Source: an uncultured Bacteroidales bacterium
Lineage (GTDB): Bacteria; Bacteroidota; Bacteroidia; Bacteroidales; UBA1402
Assembly: GCA_964411555.1 (NCBI GenBank)
Contig: CAYPLF010000005.1
Span: forward strand, 8,013-72,012
Length of the DNA stretch: 64,000 nucleotides
Direction of reading: 5' to 3'
This document shows positions 30,417 to 39,947 of the stretch, piece after piece. The stretch's first letter is position 1; the number at the start of each line of letters is the position of its first letter. A program made the translations under genes and the position numbers. The notes under the pieces are model-generated. The model saw nothing but the letters and a program-made list of their open reading frames with translations, was not told where the DNA came from and made no database searches.

Positions 30417-31526
30417 TTAACGATTGAGCTTAAACAAAAAGGGCATTGTATAAAAAGACGACACGTTGACACCATCTCTTTTTGCCGGTTTCCATTTAGG
30501 CATGCCCTTGATGACGCGGATGGCTTCCCGGTCACACTCAGGACTCACACTTTTCAGTACTTCAACATCGCCGACTTTGCCATTTTCATCTATGACAAAA
30601 CGGACGGTCACGCGCCCTTCAATGCGCATTTCCTGTGCTGTTCTGGGATACACCAGGTTTCTACTAATGTACGCCATTAAAGCCTTGTCGCCGCCCGGAA
30701 AGGTAGGCATGTCATCCGCCATGGTTACAGGTTTCAGTACCAGTTTATGAACTTTTCTACGTATCACGATAACACCATACTTTCCACGTTCACCCAGCAA
30801 TTTTTTTGCCGCCTTGTCTTTGACGACATGCGTTGATTCAATGTCTGCCTGCTTCAGATTGAGCGCATTGAAGAAGTCATTATCGTTTGCTTTTGTCCAA
30901 TCAAGTCCCACGATCTGATAGGGTTGATCGTCAACAACAATCACCGGAAGTCGTGGGAGAACGTTTGGAATATTGACGGGTCTTGCCTGTTTATCGTTGA
31001 ATATAATCTGGATAATCGGGGTAGGTTTTTTGGCTTTTTTGGCTTGCTTGAGCAGTTTGGATGGCGTCTCCCCGTTCAGCTTGAAAAGAACGGGTATGTA
31101 ATAGTAAACTGGTACATTGACTCCCTTTTCGCGTCCCGGTGTCCATGGAGGCATGGACAGTATAATGCGGATGACTTCCTGGTCCAAAACCGGATTGACA
31201 CCTTTAAGAATCTCTACGTTCGTTATAACGCCGTCACTGCCAACAACAAAGCGGGCGTTGACACGCCCTTCTATGCCTGCCAATTGAGCTGAAATGGGAT
31301 AGCGCAGGTTCTTGGACACGAATTCCATCAAAAGTGCATCTCCACCAGGGAATACAGGCATAACTTCCACGGAAGTTCTGGGTGTGGTTGCTGATTGGAT
31401 AGCGGTGGCGTTTTGATTGTCCTGCTGAATGCCCTGGCCCCAAACATTGATGCCAAACAGTAAGCTGGTAAATAGTGGCAGGTACAGGGCAACTGGCTTC
31501 AATCCAGGCCGATTTCTTTGAGTCAT
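30417..31526 (-). CDS. Atypical TonB family protein (TonB-C, plug-signature-like segment, TonB-C)
   Basis: Two MP.FPGG...YP..A....IEGRV..RFV....G domains flanking DIES.HVVKD..A..LLG..GKYGVIVI. Confidence 0.85.
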   Translation of the reverse strand: MTQRNRPGLKPVALYLPLFTSLLFGINVWGQGIQQDNQNATAIQSATTPRTSVEVMPVFPGGDALLMEFVSKNLRYPISAQLAGIEGRVNARFVVGSDGVITNVEILKGVNPVLDQEVIRIILSMPPWTPGREKGVNVPVYYYIPVLFKLNGETPSKLLKQAKKAKKPTPIIQIIFNDKQARPVNIPNVLPRLPVIVVDDQPYQIVGLDWTKANDNDFFNALNLKQADIESTHVVKDKAAKKLLGERGKYGVIVIRRKVHKLVLKPVTMADDMPTFPGGDKALMAYISRNLVYPRTAQEMRIEGRVTVRFVIDENGKVGDVEVLKSVSPECDREAIRVIKGMPKWKPAKRDGVNVSSFYTMPFLFKLNR

Positions 31527-31629
31527 GGTCGTGTTTCTTTAGGGTATGTTGTAATAACACCAACAAATCTACAATTAAAATATAGAAAATAAACGTGACG
31601 GTTAAAAAAAGGACAAATTAATATGCAAA

Positions 31630-31661
31630 AAAATAAAACCTCCCTGTCAATGACGGGGAGG
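31630..31661 (-). terminator. Intrinsic terminator after DUF349 gene
   Basis: CCTCCCTGTCA/TGACGGGGAGG stem with A-run on plus strand (U-run on minus). Confidence 0.75.
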
Positions 31662-31697
31662 CTATATTGATTGAAACGAAAAATGATTACTCAGCAG

Positions 31698-33650
31698 TTA
31701 GAGCTGCTCGTCTATCATCTTGATTTTCTTGTAGATGATGTCGCGTTCTTCCTTCAATGCCTCAATCTTTTTGGTCATATCGGCAAGGAGCGAATTTCCG
31801 GAAGACTTTGACGTTGTGAAAAAGCCAATGTTGTTTTCGGCTGTCTTGATCTCGTTTGACAAGCTGTCGAATTGACGCAGCAGGCGTTCTCTTTCGTGGA
31901 GCACTTTGCCCTGCCCTTTGTTTGACATGTCTTCCAAATTGCTTTGGAACTTGTTGAGTCGATGCGATTCCTTCGAAACATGAAGAATGTCCCCGAAAGC
32001 AGAAAGGCTTTCGTGCCATTGTATGTAGATGGCATCTTTTTCCTTAAACGGAACATGCCCAATGGCATTCCACTTTCCTATCAACTCCTGAACCGTGGAC
32101 TGCAACTCATCTTTTGGCATATCCTTTGAAAGGGCTTGCAATTGGGATATCAGTTCCTTCTTGGCTTCAAGGTTCTTAGCTTCTTCATTTTTCTGAGAGG
32201 GTGCGTTCTTTTCCTTTTGCTCAAAGAAATAGTCGCAGGCTTTGATGAATCGCTTCCAGATAGCATCGGAAACCTTCTTGGGAACGGGGCCTATGGTTTT
32301 CCATTCTTTTTGAATCTGGATGAGTGTCTCCGCCGTCGCCTTCCAATCTGTGCTCTCTTTTAACGCTTCCGCCTTCTCACACAGTTGTTTTTTCTTTTCA
32401 AGGTTTTGGTTCAATACGTCCTTTGCAGCTTTATAAAATTCGCTTTTTTGCTGGAAAAAAGCATCGCAAGCTGCCCTGAATCGTTCAAATATTTTATTGT
32501 TTACCTTTTTTGGAGCAAAGCCTATGGTTTTCCATTGTTCCTGAAGTTGGAGTATTTCTGTGGTTTTTTCATCCCAGGTTTTGTAAGTAGTCAACTGTGT
32601 CAAATCAACAGCCTCGACCTTCTCGCAAATCGCAGTTTTCAGTGCTAGATTTTCCGATTCGGCAGACTTCAACCGTTCAAAGAACTGTTGGTGGTTTTTA
32701 TTGATGATGCCGGATGCATTTTTAAACCGATTCCAGGTATCTTCACGGTATTCCCTTGCCACCGGACCAGTTTCACGCCATTCTTCGTGGAGTTTCTGCA
32801 GTTGCCTGAACGCAACTACCACGTCGGGTTCCTCTGCCAAACGTTCTGCGCTTTCGCACAGGTTTGTTTTGATTTCCAGGTTTTTCTTGAAATCGTATTC
32901 GCGAAACTCGTTATTGATTTTGAGCAGATCGTAAAAACGTTCTACCTGAATCTGGTAATTTTTCCACAGTTCGTTAACCTGTTCCTGTGGTACATTTCCG
33001 GTATCTTTCCATGCTTGTTGCAACCGCCTGAACTCAGGTAATGTGCGTCCGATATCTTCAGTGCTTTCCGTGAGCGACTTGATGCTTTCTATGAGTTGAA
33101 GTTTTTTAGTCAGGTTATCCTGACGTTGCTTTTCCAATTCTGCAACTTGTCCGGCCCTTTTTTCCTTCCAACTGTTCAGTAATTCTTTAAAAGTTGCTTC
33201 CAATGGGTCAACAACATCTTCTTGAACAATATCTGTAGCTTTCTCTGTTTCAGAAATGGCCTTCGTTTCGACTTCTGCTTTTTGAATCCGGTAGAAGGTT
33301 TGTTTTAGATGGTCAATGCGTTCCTTCTTGTCGTTACCAGGCAAATCAATCAATTGTTTTAGTTGGTCGATTACTTCTTGCCGGGTTGTTGGAGCTGGCA
33401 AAACGGCTTCTTCCAAGAGGTTTTCCTGTGTAGCGATTGCAACTTCTTCCAACAAGCTTTCCTGTGTGGTGATTGCAACTTCATCCAACGGGCTTTCCTG
33501 CGAAGCAGCAGCTACTTCTTCTAACGGTGTTTCCTGTGTTTCAGGTAACTGTTCAGGCATTTCTGCTGTCATGGCTGCAGCATCTGTGAGAGTTTCTTCC
33601 ACGCCTGTTTCCTGAATCAGGTCGTTGGTTTCTTTGTTGTCCATATTCAT
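31698..33650 (-). CDS. DUF349 domain-containing helical repeat protein
   Basis: Repeated K..LCE.AE.L...W......L..LQ..WK.IG.VP....IW.RF..A.D.FF units. Confidence 0.92.
   Translation of the reverse strand: MNMDNKETNDLIQETGVEETLTDAAAMTAEMPEQLPETQETPLEEVAAASQESPLDEVAITTQESLLEEVAIATQENLLEEAVLPAPTTRQEVIDQLKQLIDLPGNDKKERIDHLKQTFYRIQKAEVETKAISETEKATDIVQEDVVDPLEATFKELLNSWKEKRAGQVAELEKQRQDNLTKKLQLIESIKSLTESTEDIGRTLPEFRRLQQAWKDTGNVPQEQVNELWKNYQIQVERFYDLLKINNEFREYDFKKNLEIKTNLCESAERLAEEPDVVVAFRQLQKLHEEWRETGPVAREYREDTWNRFKNASGIINKNHQQFFERLKSAESENLALKTAICEKVEAVDLTQLTTYKTWDEKTTEILQLQEQWKTIGFAPKKVNNKIFERFRAACDAFFQQKSEFYKAAKDVLNQNLEKKKQLCEKAEALKESTDWKATAETLIQIQKEWKTIGPVPKKVSDAIWKRFIKACDYFFEQKEKNAPSQKNEEAKNLEAKKELISQLQALSKDMPKDELQSTVQELIGKWNAIGHVPFKEKDAIYIQWHESLSAFGDILHVSKESHRLNKFQSNLEDMSNKGQGKVLHERERLLRQFDSLSNEIKTAENNIGFFTTSKSSGNSLLADMTKKIEALKEERDIIYKKIKMIDEQL
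33407..33539 (-). repeat. Four imperfect 36-nt tandem units (QExxLEEVAxxx) in the DUF349 N-terminus
   Basis: TTCCTG recurs at 33423, 33459, 33495, 33531. Confidence 0.8.
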
Positions 33651-33743
33651 TGTAACGTTCTGTTAACACGCTAAAACAGCGGCATATCTACAAATTAAAT
33701 GAAAACTTTTTGCAATGCATCATGATTGCGTTCATTTTTTACC

Positions 33744-34682
33744 TCATAACCATTTCTTACGCTTGAAGAAGAGTAGGATAATACCTGAAAAAACGACCAT
33801 CAACAACAACGAAATCCAGAACCCCCAGGATTTATCTATAAAGGGCATACCTGGGAAATTTTGACCGAATATGCTGGCCACCAAGGTGGGGGGCATAAAA
33901 ATGACCGAAACGATGGTGAAAATCTTGATGATTTTATTTTGTTCAATGTTGACCAAACCAAGGAAGGTGTCTTGCAGGTAATCAAGTCGTTCAAAACTAA
34001 ACTTGGCGTGTTCAACCAAAGAATTGACGTCTCTCAATACGATGGTCAACTTGGGATGAAGCTCCTTGGGCATAAGCTCACTTCGAAGCAGATTGGACAA
34101 TGAACGTTGTTTTTCAATGATGTTTTGACGGATGACCATGATTTGTTCCTGCAACTCTGTGATATCCATTAAGACATCCTCATTTGCGCTGCTGATGGAA
34201 TCACTCAGTTTGGTGATTTTATCAATGATGTCCTCAATCAAGTCGGCATCCCGCTCAACCCTGGTTTCCAACAAGGCAGTCATGACGTGGTATCCTGTTG
34301 GAAAATTCCGTGGATTGCTCATCAGTTTTTTCTGAGTTTCGTGCAAAGAGGGTAGTTCCTCGTTGTGTACAGTAACCAGAATGTCGTTTTTAAGGATAAA
34401 AGAGACGGTTTCCAGTTCGTAATTGGCCAACATGAAGTTGGAGTTTACTACCAGTGAATCGGACGTTTCGATGTAACGGGAAGACATCTCGATCTCTTCC
34501 ATTTCTTCTTCTTCCTGGATGTAGATTTTCAGAAAATCTTCCAATTGGTTTTCCACTTCTTCATCAACATCGTGTAAGTCTATCCACAGGAAATTATCGA
34601 TGGGGGTGCTTTTCAAGAATTCGAAACTGCGGCTCATTTTGATGCGGCCAGCTTCGTGATAGAATAACTTGATTTCTGCCAT
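33744..34682 (-). CDS. CorA-family divalent cation transporter (GQN in place of GMN)
   Basis: WIDL.D, EIEMSSRY, LQDTFLGLVNIEQNKIIKIFTIVSVIFMPPTLVASIFGQNF; two C-terminal TM helices. Confidence 0.9.
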   Translation of the reverse strand: MAEIKLFYHEAGRIKMSRSFEFLKSTPIDNFLWIDLHDVDEEVENQLEDFLKIYIQEEEEMEEIEMSSRYIETSDSLVVNSNFMLANYELETVSFILKNDILVTVHNEELPSLHETQKKLMSNPRNFPTGYHVMTALLETRVERDADLIEDIIDKITKLSDSISSANEDVLMDITELQEQIMVIRQNIIEKQRSLSNLLRSELMPKELHPKLTIVLRDVNSLVEHAKFSFERLDYLQDTFLGLVNIEQNKIIKIFTIVSVIFMPPTLVASIFGQNFPGMPFIDKSWGFWISLLLMVVFSGIILLFFKRKKWL

Positions 34683-34764
34683 GGCGTTTGCTTGTTGTTT
34701 ACTTCGGTTTCATCACGCTGAAAACCGAAAGGTTGAACGCTGGTTTAAGTGCTGAGTGAAGCCG

Positions 34765-35550
34765 TCAAGGTGTTTTTACGAGTGGCTCAATCAGATTGGT
34801 CAACTCCACGAACTCTTGAACGGACAATTGTTCCGGCCGTTTATCGAAAATCTCCTGGCCACGTTCGGGGAAGTCTGATCCGATGAGTGGCTTCAACGAA
34901 TTTCTCAGGGTTTTCCTCCGTTGGTTGAAACCGGTCTTCACCACCTGTTTGAGCAACGTTTCGTTGCATTCCAGGCGCTCCACCTTGTTTCTGACCAGTC
35001 GAATAACGGCCGACTGCACCGCCGGCGGAGGGTCAAAATGCTCTTTGTCGACCGTAAACAAATATTCGATGTCGTAATAGGCTTGTAATAAAACGCTGAG
35101 GATGCCGTATGCTTTCTTGCCAGGCTTGGAGGCTATACGTTCTGCTACTTCCTTTTGAAACATGCCGGAACAGCAAGGTATCTTATCTTTGTGTTCCAAG
35201 ACCTTGAACAGGATTTGGGAGGAAATGTTGTACGGATAATTCCCAATAACGCTGAATGGAGAAGCAAACAGTTTATCCAGGTCTAACTGTAGAAAGTCGC
35301 CCTCAATGATGCGGTCCTGCAAATCAGGAAACGTTGACTGAAGGTAACGAACAGATTCGTTATCCAGTTCAATAACAGTAAGATCGTGTTTGTTTTGAAG
35401 TAAAAAACGTGTCAACACACCCATGCCCGGCCCTATTTCCAAGACAGGTAGGTCCCTGTACGAGTCAACAGTACCGGCAATCTGGGCAGCTATATCCAGG
35501 TTTTTCAGGAAATGCTGTCCTAGCGATTTTTTGGGTTTTACACGAATCAT
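34765..35550 (-). CDS. rsmA: 16S rRNA adenine dimethyltransferase RsmA/KsgA
   Basis: KKSLGQHFL, VLEIGPGMG.LT, GNYPYNISS, MFQKEVAERI, F.QRRKTLRNSL. Confidence 0.97.
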   Translation of the reverse strand: MIRVKPKKSLGQHFLKNLDIAAQIAGTVDSYRDLPVLEIGPGMGVLTRFLLQNKHDLTVIELDNESVRYLQSTFPDLQDRIIEGDFLQLDLDKLFASPFSVIGNYPYNISSQILFKVLEHKDKIPCCSGMFQKEVAERIASKPGKKAYGILSVLLQAYYDIEYLFTVDKEHFDPPPAVQSAVIRLVRNKVERLECNETLLKQVVKTGFNQRRKTLRNSLKPLIGSDFPERGQEIFDKRPEQLSVQEFVELTNLIEPLVKTP

Positions 35551-35633
35551 CCACCTCTGTACGAAAAAATGAGTACATTTGTGCCCTTATGTACGGGCAA
35601 GACGTACAAAAGTACTATTTTTTGCTGAAGAGT

Positions 35634-36623
35634 ATGCCGCTGATAAAAAAAATACTTCAAGTTGTCGTACCCCTTGCACTGGCTGCTATCTTGTTTTGGC
35701 TGGTATACAGGAATATGGACTTTGGTAAATTGGCCGATGTATTAAAACGTGGTCTCCATTACGACTGGTTGTTTGTTGCTGTTGCGCTCAGTGCACTCAG
35801 CAATGTGTTGCGTGGATTGAGGTGGCGTCAATTGTTGGAACCTGTTTCTGATCAAAGTAAAAACTCGACAGCTATTCTTGCTGTTTTTGTCAGTTATGCG
35901 GTCAATTTATTGTTTCCCCGTGCCGGTGAAGTGGCACGTTGCGGCATTGTTGCCAAAAACGATGGGGTATCTTTTTCCCGTTCACTGGGAACCGTCATTT
36001 CAGAACGAATTCTTGATGCCTGTTGTCTGCTACTGATAGCCATTTTTGCGATTCTGTTGCAACTTGGTTTTTTTGCTGACTTTTTTCAACAGAATCCAGA
36101 CTCGTTGAACAAGTTGAAAGACACAATTACCTCACCCACTCTTTGGGGTAGCCTGCTGTTGCTTGTTGTTGTTTACTTTTTAATCAGGAGGCAAGTCAAG
36201 AAGAGTCGATTATACGAAAAAACGAAAGCCTTCCTTGTGAAGATGTGGGAAGGGATGAAAACAATTGGAACACTGAGACGTCCCTTGTTGTTTGTCGGTT
36301 ATTCGTTGTTGATTTGGGTTGTTTATTTCCTGATGTTTTATGTAGGTCGCTATTTCTTTCCCTTTGAAGTAAACCTGGGTGTTGTTCCCATGCTCAGCGC
36401 TTTCGTTATGGGAAGCCTTGGTGTCCTGGCACCGGTTCAGGGGGGGATTGGTGCCTATCATTTTATGGTAATCTATGCGCTGACATTTTATGGTATAAAC
36501 GAGCCGGAAGCTGCCATCTTTGCACTGGTGGTTCATGGGGTTCAGACCGTACAGTCTTTGGTTTTTGGTTTTTTGGCATGGGGATGGATTTCTGTAAGGA
36601 AGCGTTCAAAAACTTTAGTCTAA
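35634..36623 (+). CDS. Lysylphosphatidylglycerol synthase TM-region (flippase-like) membrane protein
   Basis: RGLRWRQLL, NLLFPRAGEVARC, GTVISERILD, APVQGGIGAYH; start reassigned to ATG 35634. Confidence 0.85.
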   Translation: MPLIKKILQVVVPLALAAILFWLVYRNMDFGKLADVLKRGLHYDWLFVAVALSALSNVLRGLRWRQLLEPVSDQSKNSTAILAVFVSYAVNLLFPRAGEVARCGIVAKNDGVSFSRSLGTVISERILDACCLLLIAIFAILLQLGFFADFFQQNPDSLNKLKDTITSPTLWGSLLLLVVVYFLIRRQVKKSRLYEKTKAFLVKMWEGMKTIGTLRRPLLFVGYSLLIWVVYFLMFYVGRYFFPFEVNLGVVPMLSAFVMGSLGVLAPVQGGIGAYHFMVIYALTFYGINEPEAAIFALVVHGVQTVQSLVFGFLAWGWISVRKRSKTLV

Positions 36624-36676
36624 GCCCATTTTAACTGCTTTTAAATCTATTTATTTCTCACTTTTCAAAAAAGACC

Positions 36677-36684
36677 TACCTTTG
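36677..36684 (+). promoter_or_regulatory. -7 promoter box of the CotH-DUF2490-VTC-DUF4956 operon
   Basis: TACCTTTG 21 nt before ATG 36706; TTTC at 36654-57 in the -33 position. Confidence 0.55.
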
Positions 36685-36705
36685 TGTCAACCTTATCGAT
36701 CAACC

Positions 36706-38445
36706 ATGAACAGATACCTTTTCTTTGTCAGCCTACTCTTCTTGACTTCTCTCGTTGCATGCGAAGACGACGGTGTCTATTCTCCACCAAGGTACGATGG
36801 CGACGATACCACGTATGTTGTATCGGAACCTTCTGATGGCTCGATTGAAACGGGTGTATCAGGGACACCTCCTTACTTCATGAGTGAAGAGGCTGTGGCG
36901 CATCGATTGAAAATGGGCGTAAAGGAACAAGCGGGTTTATATTCATTGAATACCATTAAACACATTGAGTTGACCTTCTCCGTTATCAACTGGGAAGAAC
37001 AACTAAGAGCCCTTGCCGATGGTGATAGCGAATTGGACGCAACTATAACCTATGAAGGGTATGCATATCCGGCAAAGGTTGGTGTCAGGATAAAAGGAAC
37101 CCTTACGAACTCGTCGGCTAAACCGTCCTATTACATTGCGATAGATGCATATGATGATAATCAACTGTTGAACGGGTATTATACATTGGCCCTGAACAGT
37201 ATTGAGGACGATACATCCTGCTTGCGCGAAGCCATATACCGCCAGTGCATCCGACGCTACATACCGGCACCTCAGGTCAATTTTGTCAATCTTCGCATCA
37301 ATGACGTTGATCAGGGACTCTATATCAATACGGAGCACCTGAATGCATCTTTCATTAATGAGTGGTTTGTATCAACCAATGGATCGAGATGGAGAGCAGA
37401 GCCATCGAAAAATGCGGATTCTGCAAAAGTAGGAGCTTACGGCACAGGTTATTGCGGGTTGAATTACCTGGGAGAAACGGCTGATGATTATGCTCTCTAT
37501 TACGATTTAAAAAACAACCCTTCACAAGTTGAACCATTGGACGACGTGATTGCTGTTTGCCGCATTCTTGAAAAAACCGAACCCGATTCATTGGAAGCAG
37601 TCATTCGAAAAGAATTGGACCTGGACAGGACATTATGGTTCCTGGCCTGTGAAAACATATTTACCGATGAAGATGGGTATGTTAACAAGGGCGGAACCGA
37701 TTACTACCTGTTTTGGAACAAAGAAACGGGTTTGCTGACGCCTCTTGAGTACGACGGCAAAGACACCTTCCATGAACTGAATTTGGGTTGGGATCCTTTC
37801 TATCATGCAGACGATGCGCGTTTTCCCTTATTGAACAAATTATTGGCAGTGCCGGCCATTCGTCAACGCTACCTGGCCCATTACCGCACCATATTAAACG
37901 AAGTATACAATCCTGAATTCCTCAACCCATTGATTGATGGTTTTGTTGCAAAAATTGATTCTGCAGTATCGGCAGATCCGAGGAAAACGTATACCCACAG
38001 TGATTTTACAGCAGCGGTTGGTGCAATGAAACAAACCATAGCGCAACGTTCTGCTTTTTTAAACAACCACGATTCCATTAAGGTGAGTGGAATGACCATC
38101 AATGCGGCTGAATGGTCTGTCGACGACATTGCATGGAAGCAACCGGTTTCCACTGATACGGTAAAAGTTACGGCAACCATTGGGGGGACAGGCCATGCCA
38201 GTAGTGTTTTCCTGTGTGCGGGTACAGGTATGTTCGGTGGATTCAAACGATTGCAAATGTTTGATACCGGAGATTATGGTGACACCGTGGCCGGTGACGG
38301 CGTTTTTACGGCACTCATCAATCCACAACAATCCGGAGTCCGTGTACGCTTTTACATTGAGGCGGTTCGGGGAAATGCTGTCAGAACCCGTTCATACATG
38401 CCGGCTGGAGCTGAACACGATGTATTCACGTATGTAGTGCAATGA
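36706..38445 (+). CDS. CotH kinase family lipoprotein
   Basis: Lipobox LVAC followed by EDD; VGVRIKG, KPSY.I, LALN...D.SCLRE, GLYINTE, ENIF.DEDGY...DYYLF, PLEYD; C-terminal GDTVAGDGVFTA domain; start reassigned to ATG 36706. Confidence 0.85.
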   Translation: MNRYLFFVSLLFLTSLVACEDDGVYSPPRYDGDDTTYVVSEPSDGSIETGVSGTPPYFMSEEAVAHRLKMGVKEQAGLYSLNTIKHIELTFSVINWEEQLRALADGDSELDATITYEGYAYPAKVGVRIKGTLTNSSAKPSYYIAIDAYDDNQLLNGYYTLALNSIEDDTSCLREAIYRQCIRRYIPAPQVNFVNLRINDVDQGLYINTEHLNASFINEWFVSTNGSRWRAEPSKNADSAKVGAYGTGYCGLNYLGETADDYALYYDLKNNPSQVEPLDDVIAVCRILEKTEPDSLEAVIRKELDLDRTLWFLACENIFTDEDGYVNKGGTDYYLFWNKETGLLTPLEYDGKDTFHELNLGWDPFYHADDARFPLLNKLLAVPAIRQRYLAHYRTILNEVYNPEFLNPLIDGFVAKIDSAVSADPRKTYTHSDFTAAVGAMKQTIAQRSAFLNNHDSIKVSGMTINAAEWSVDDIAWKQPVSTDTVKVTATIGGTGHASSVFLCAGTGMFGGFKRLQMFDTGDYGDTVAGDGVFTALINPQQSGVRVRFYIEAVRGNAVRTRSYMPAGAEHDVFTYVVQ

Positions 38446-39152
38446 AAGTGATGGTAATAGATAAGTCAAAATTGGTCATTTTTCTGATGCTTTGTTCGGT
38501 GTGCTCAACCCTGGCAGCTCAGGAAACAGACTTTGGAATTTGGTCAAGTGCAGAAGTCAGTAAGAAATTCCAAAACGGATTAAAACTAAGTATTGAAGAA
38601 GATTTCCGTTTACGAAACGACCTAAGGACAATAGATAAGTTTGAATCATCGATTGGATTGAGTTACGGCCTTACAACTTTTTTAGATGCAGGCATATCGT
38701 ACTCATTGATCAATTATTTTCATCCAAGGGATGATTATCATGAACACAACTTCTTTGAAACGAGGCATCGGCTCAATGTATTTGGAGAAGGAGAATGTAA
38801 GCTCGGTCGCTTTGATATTACCCTCAGAGAACGGTTGCAAGGCACGTACAGGGTGCTTGATTCACTTTCTACCGCAAAGACCAATCCAAAATATGTGTTA
38901 CGATCAAAATTAGGGGCATCGTATAACATTAAAGGGTTACCATTGGAACCGTTTGCCTTTCTCGAATTCTTCAACGCAATAGAACGGGGTTCGAATTTAG
39001 AGTTTAAAAGCTATCGATGGAGTACAGGTTTGAAGTACACCTACAACAAGAAACTATCGGTGAAACTGGGTTATTTATTTACTTCCGACGTGGACAGCGA
39101 TGAGGCAGATCGTTCAAATGTGCTGACCATAGGATTGGGCTATAAATTGTAA
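38442..39152 (+). CDS. DUF2490-type outer membrane beta-barrel protein
   Basis: Signal peptide, D.GIWSS.EV.KK, E.R.R, alternating beta-strands, terminal IGLGYKL; start overlaps CotH stop (ATGA). Confidence 0.75.
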   Translation: MKVMVIDKSKLVIFLMLCSVCSTLAAQETDFGIWSSAEVSKKFQNGLKLSIEEDFRLRNDLRTIDKFESSIGLSYGLTTFLDAGISYSLINYFHPRDDYHEHNFFETRHRLNVFGEGECKLGRFDITLRERLQGTYRVLDSLSTAKTNPKYVLRSKLGASYNIKGLPLEPFAFLEFFNAIERGSNLEFKSYRWSTGLKYTYNKKLSVKLGYLFTSDVDSDEADRSNVLTIGLGYKL

Positions 39153-39158
39153 GTAACG

Positions 39159-39947
39159 TTGACTGAAAATAGTTCAACCATTCCACTGCAGGCACTTTGT
39201 GATCAATTGAAGCCCATTACGTTGGCAGAGATGAAAAGTGTTCGCCTGATGAACCGGATAGACACCAAATATCTGGCTCCAATTACTTTATTGCCTAAAT
39301 TGCTTACATTTGCAGCATCTGATTTTCGCATTCAACACGTGAACAACCATTCAATCAGTAGCTATTCTACTCAGTACTACGACACTCAGAACCTTGAGAT
39401 GTATACTAACCATCACAATGGCAATCTGCCCCGTCAAAAAGTACGATTGAGAACGTATGTTGATTCCAACCTGCACTTTCTGGAAATAAAGAAAAAAAGC
39501 AATAAAGGACGTACCGATAAAGTCAGGATGGAGTTGACCAAAAAACCCGGTTTGTGTGGCATGTTGGAGCCCGAATGGCACGACTTTATAGCATCAAACT
39601 CACCTTACGATGAACTTGGATTGTTACCTCATATAAATACCAACTTTGATCGCATCACGTTAGTGAATTATAACCTATCTGAACGCATTACCATCGACAC
39701 AAACCTTCAATTCATAAATTGCCGAAATGGAAAGCAAGTGAGCGTACCTGAACTGATGATCATTGAGTTAAAACAAGACGGCAGGGTACATTCAAGGATG
39801 AAAGATTTCTTATTCGCTTGCAGAATACGCCCCAAAGGTATCAGTAAATATTGTCTTGGAACTGTTATGACAGACCCAACAGCAAAAAGCAATCGCTTCA
39901 GAGTAAAAATCAGATACATCAATAAATTAATCAATACCGAAAAATGA
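39159..39947 (+). CDS. VTC-domain (polyphosphate polymerase-like, CYTH/TTM fold) protein
   Basis: MNRIDTKY, YYDT, RQKVRLRTY, FLEIKKK, RITID, IIELK, ISKY; TTG start. Confidence 0.9.
   Translation: MTENSSTIPLQALCDQLKPITLAEMKSVRLMNRIDTKYLAPITLLPKLLTFAASDFRIQHVNNHSISSYSTQYYDTQNLEMYTNHHNGNLPRQKVRLRTYVDSNLHFLEIKKKSNKGRTDKVRMELTKKPGLCGMLEPEWHDFIASNSPYDELGLLPHINTNFDRITLVNYNLSERITIDTNLQFINCRNGKQVSVPELMIIELKQDGRVHSRMKDFLFACRIRPKGISKYCLGTVMTDPTAKSNRFRVKIRYINKLINTEK

Noticed and set aside
35409-35633. Long N-terminal extensions in the ORF track (also rpsG, rpsD, pepD, pdxJ, exbD, ferredoxin)
   Set aside because: They overlap neighbouring genes, promoters or terminators; downstream ATGs match family N-termini
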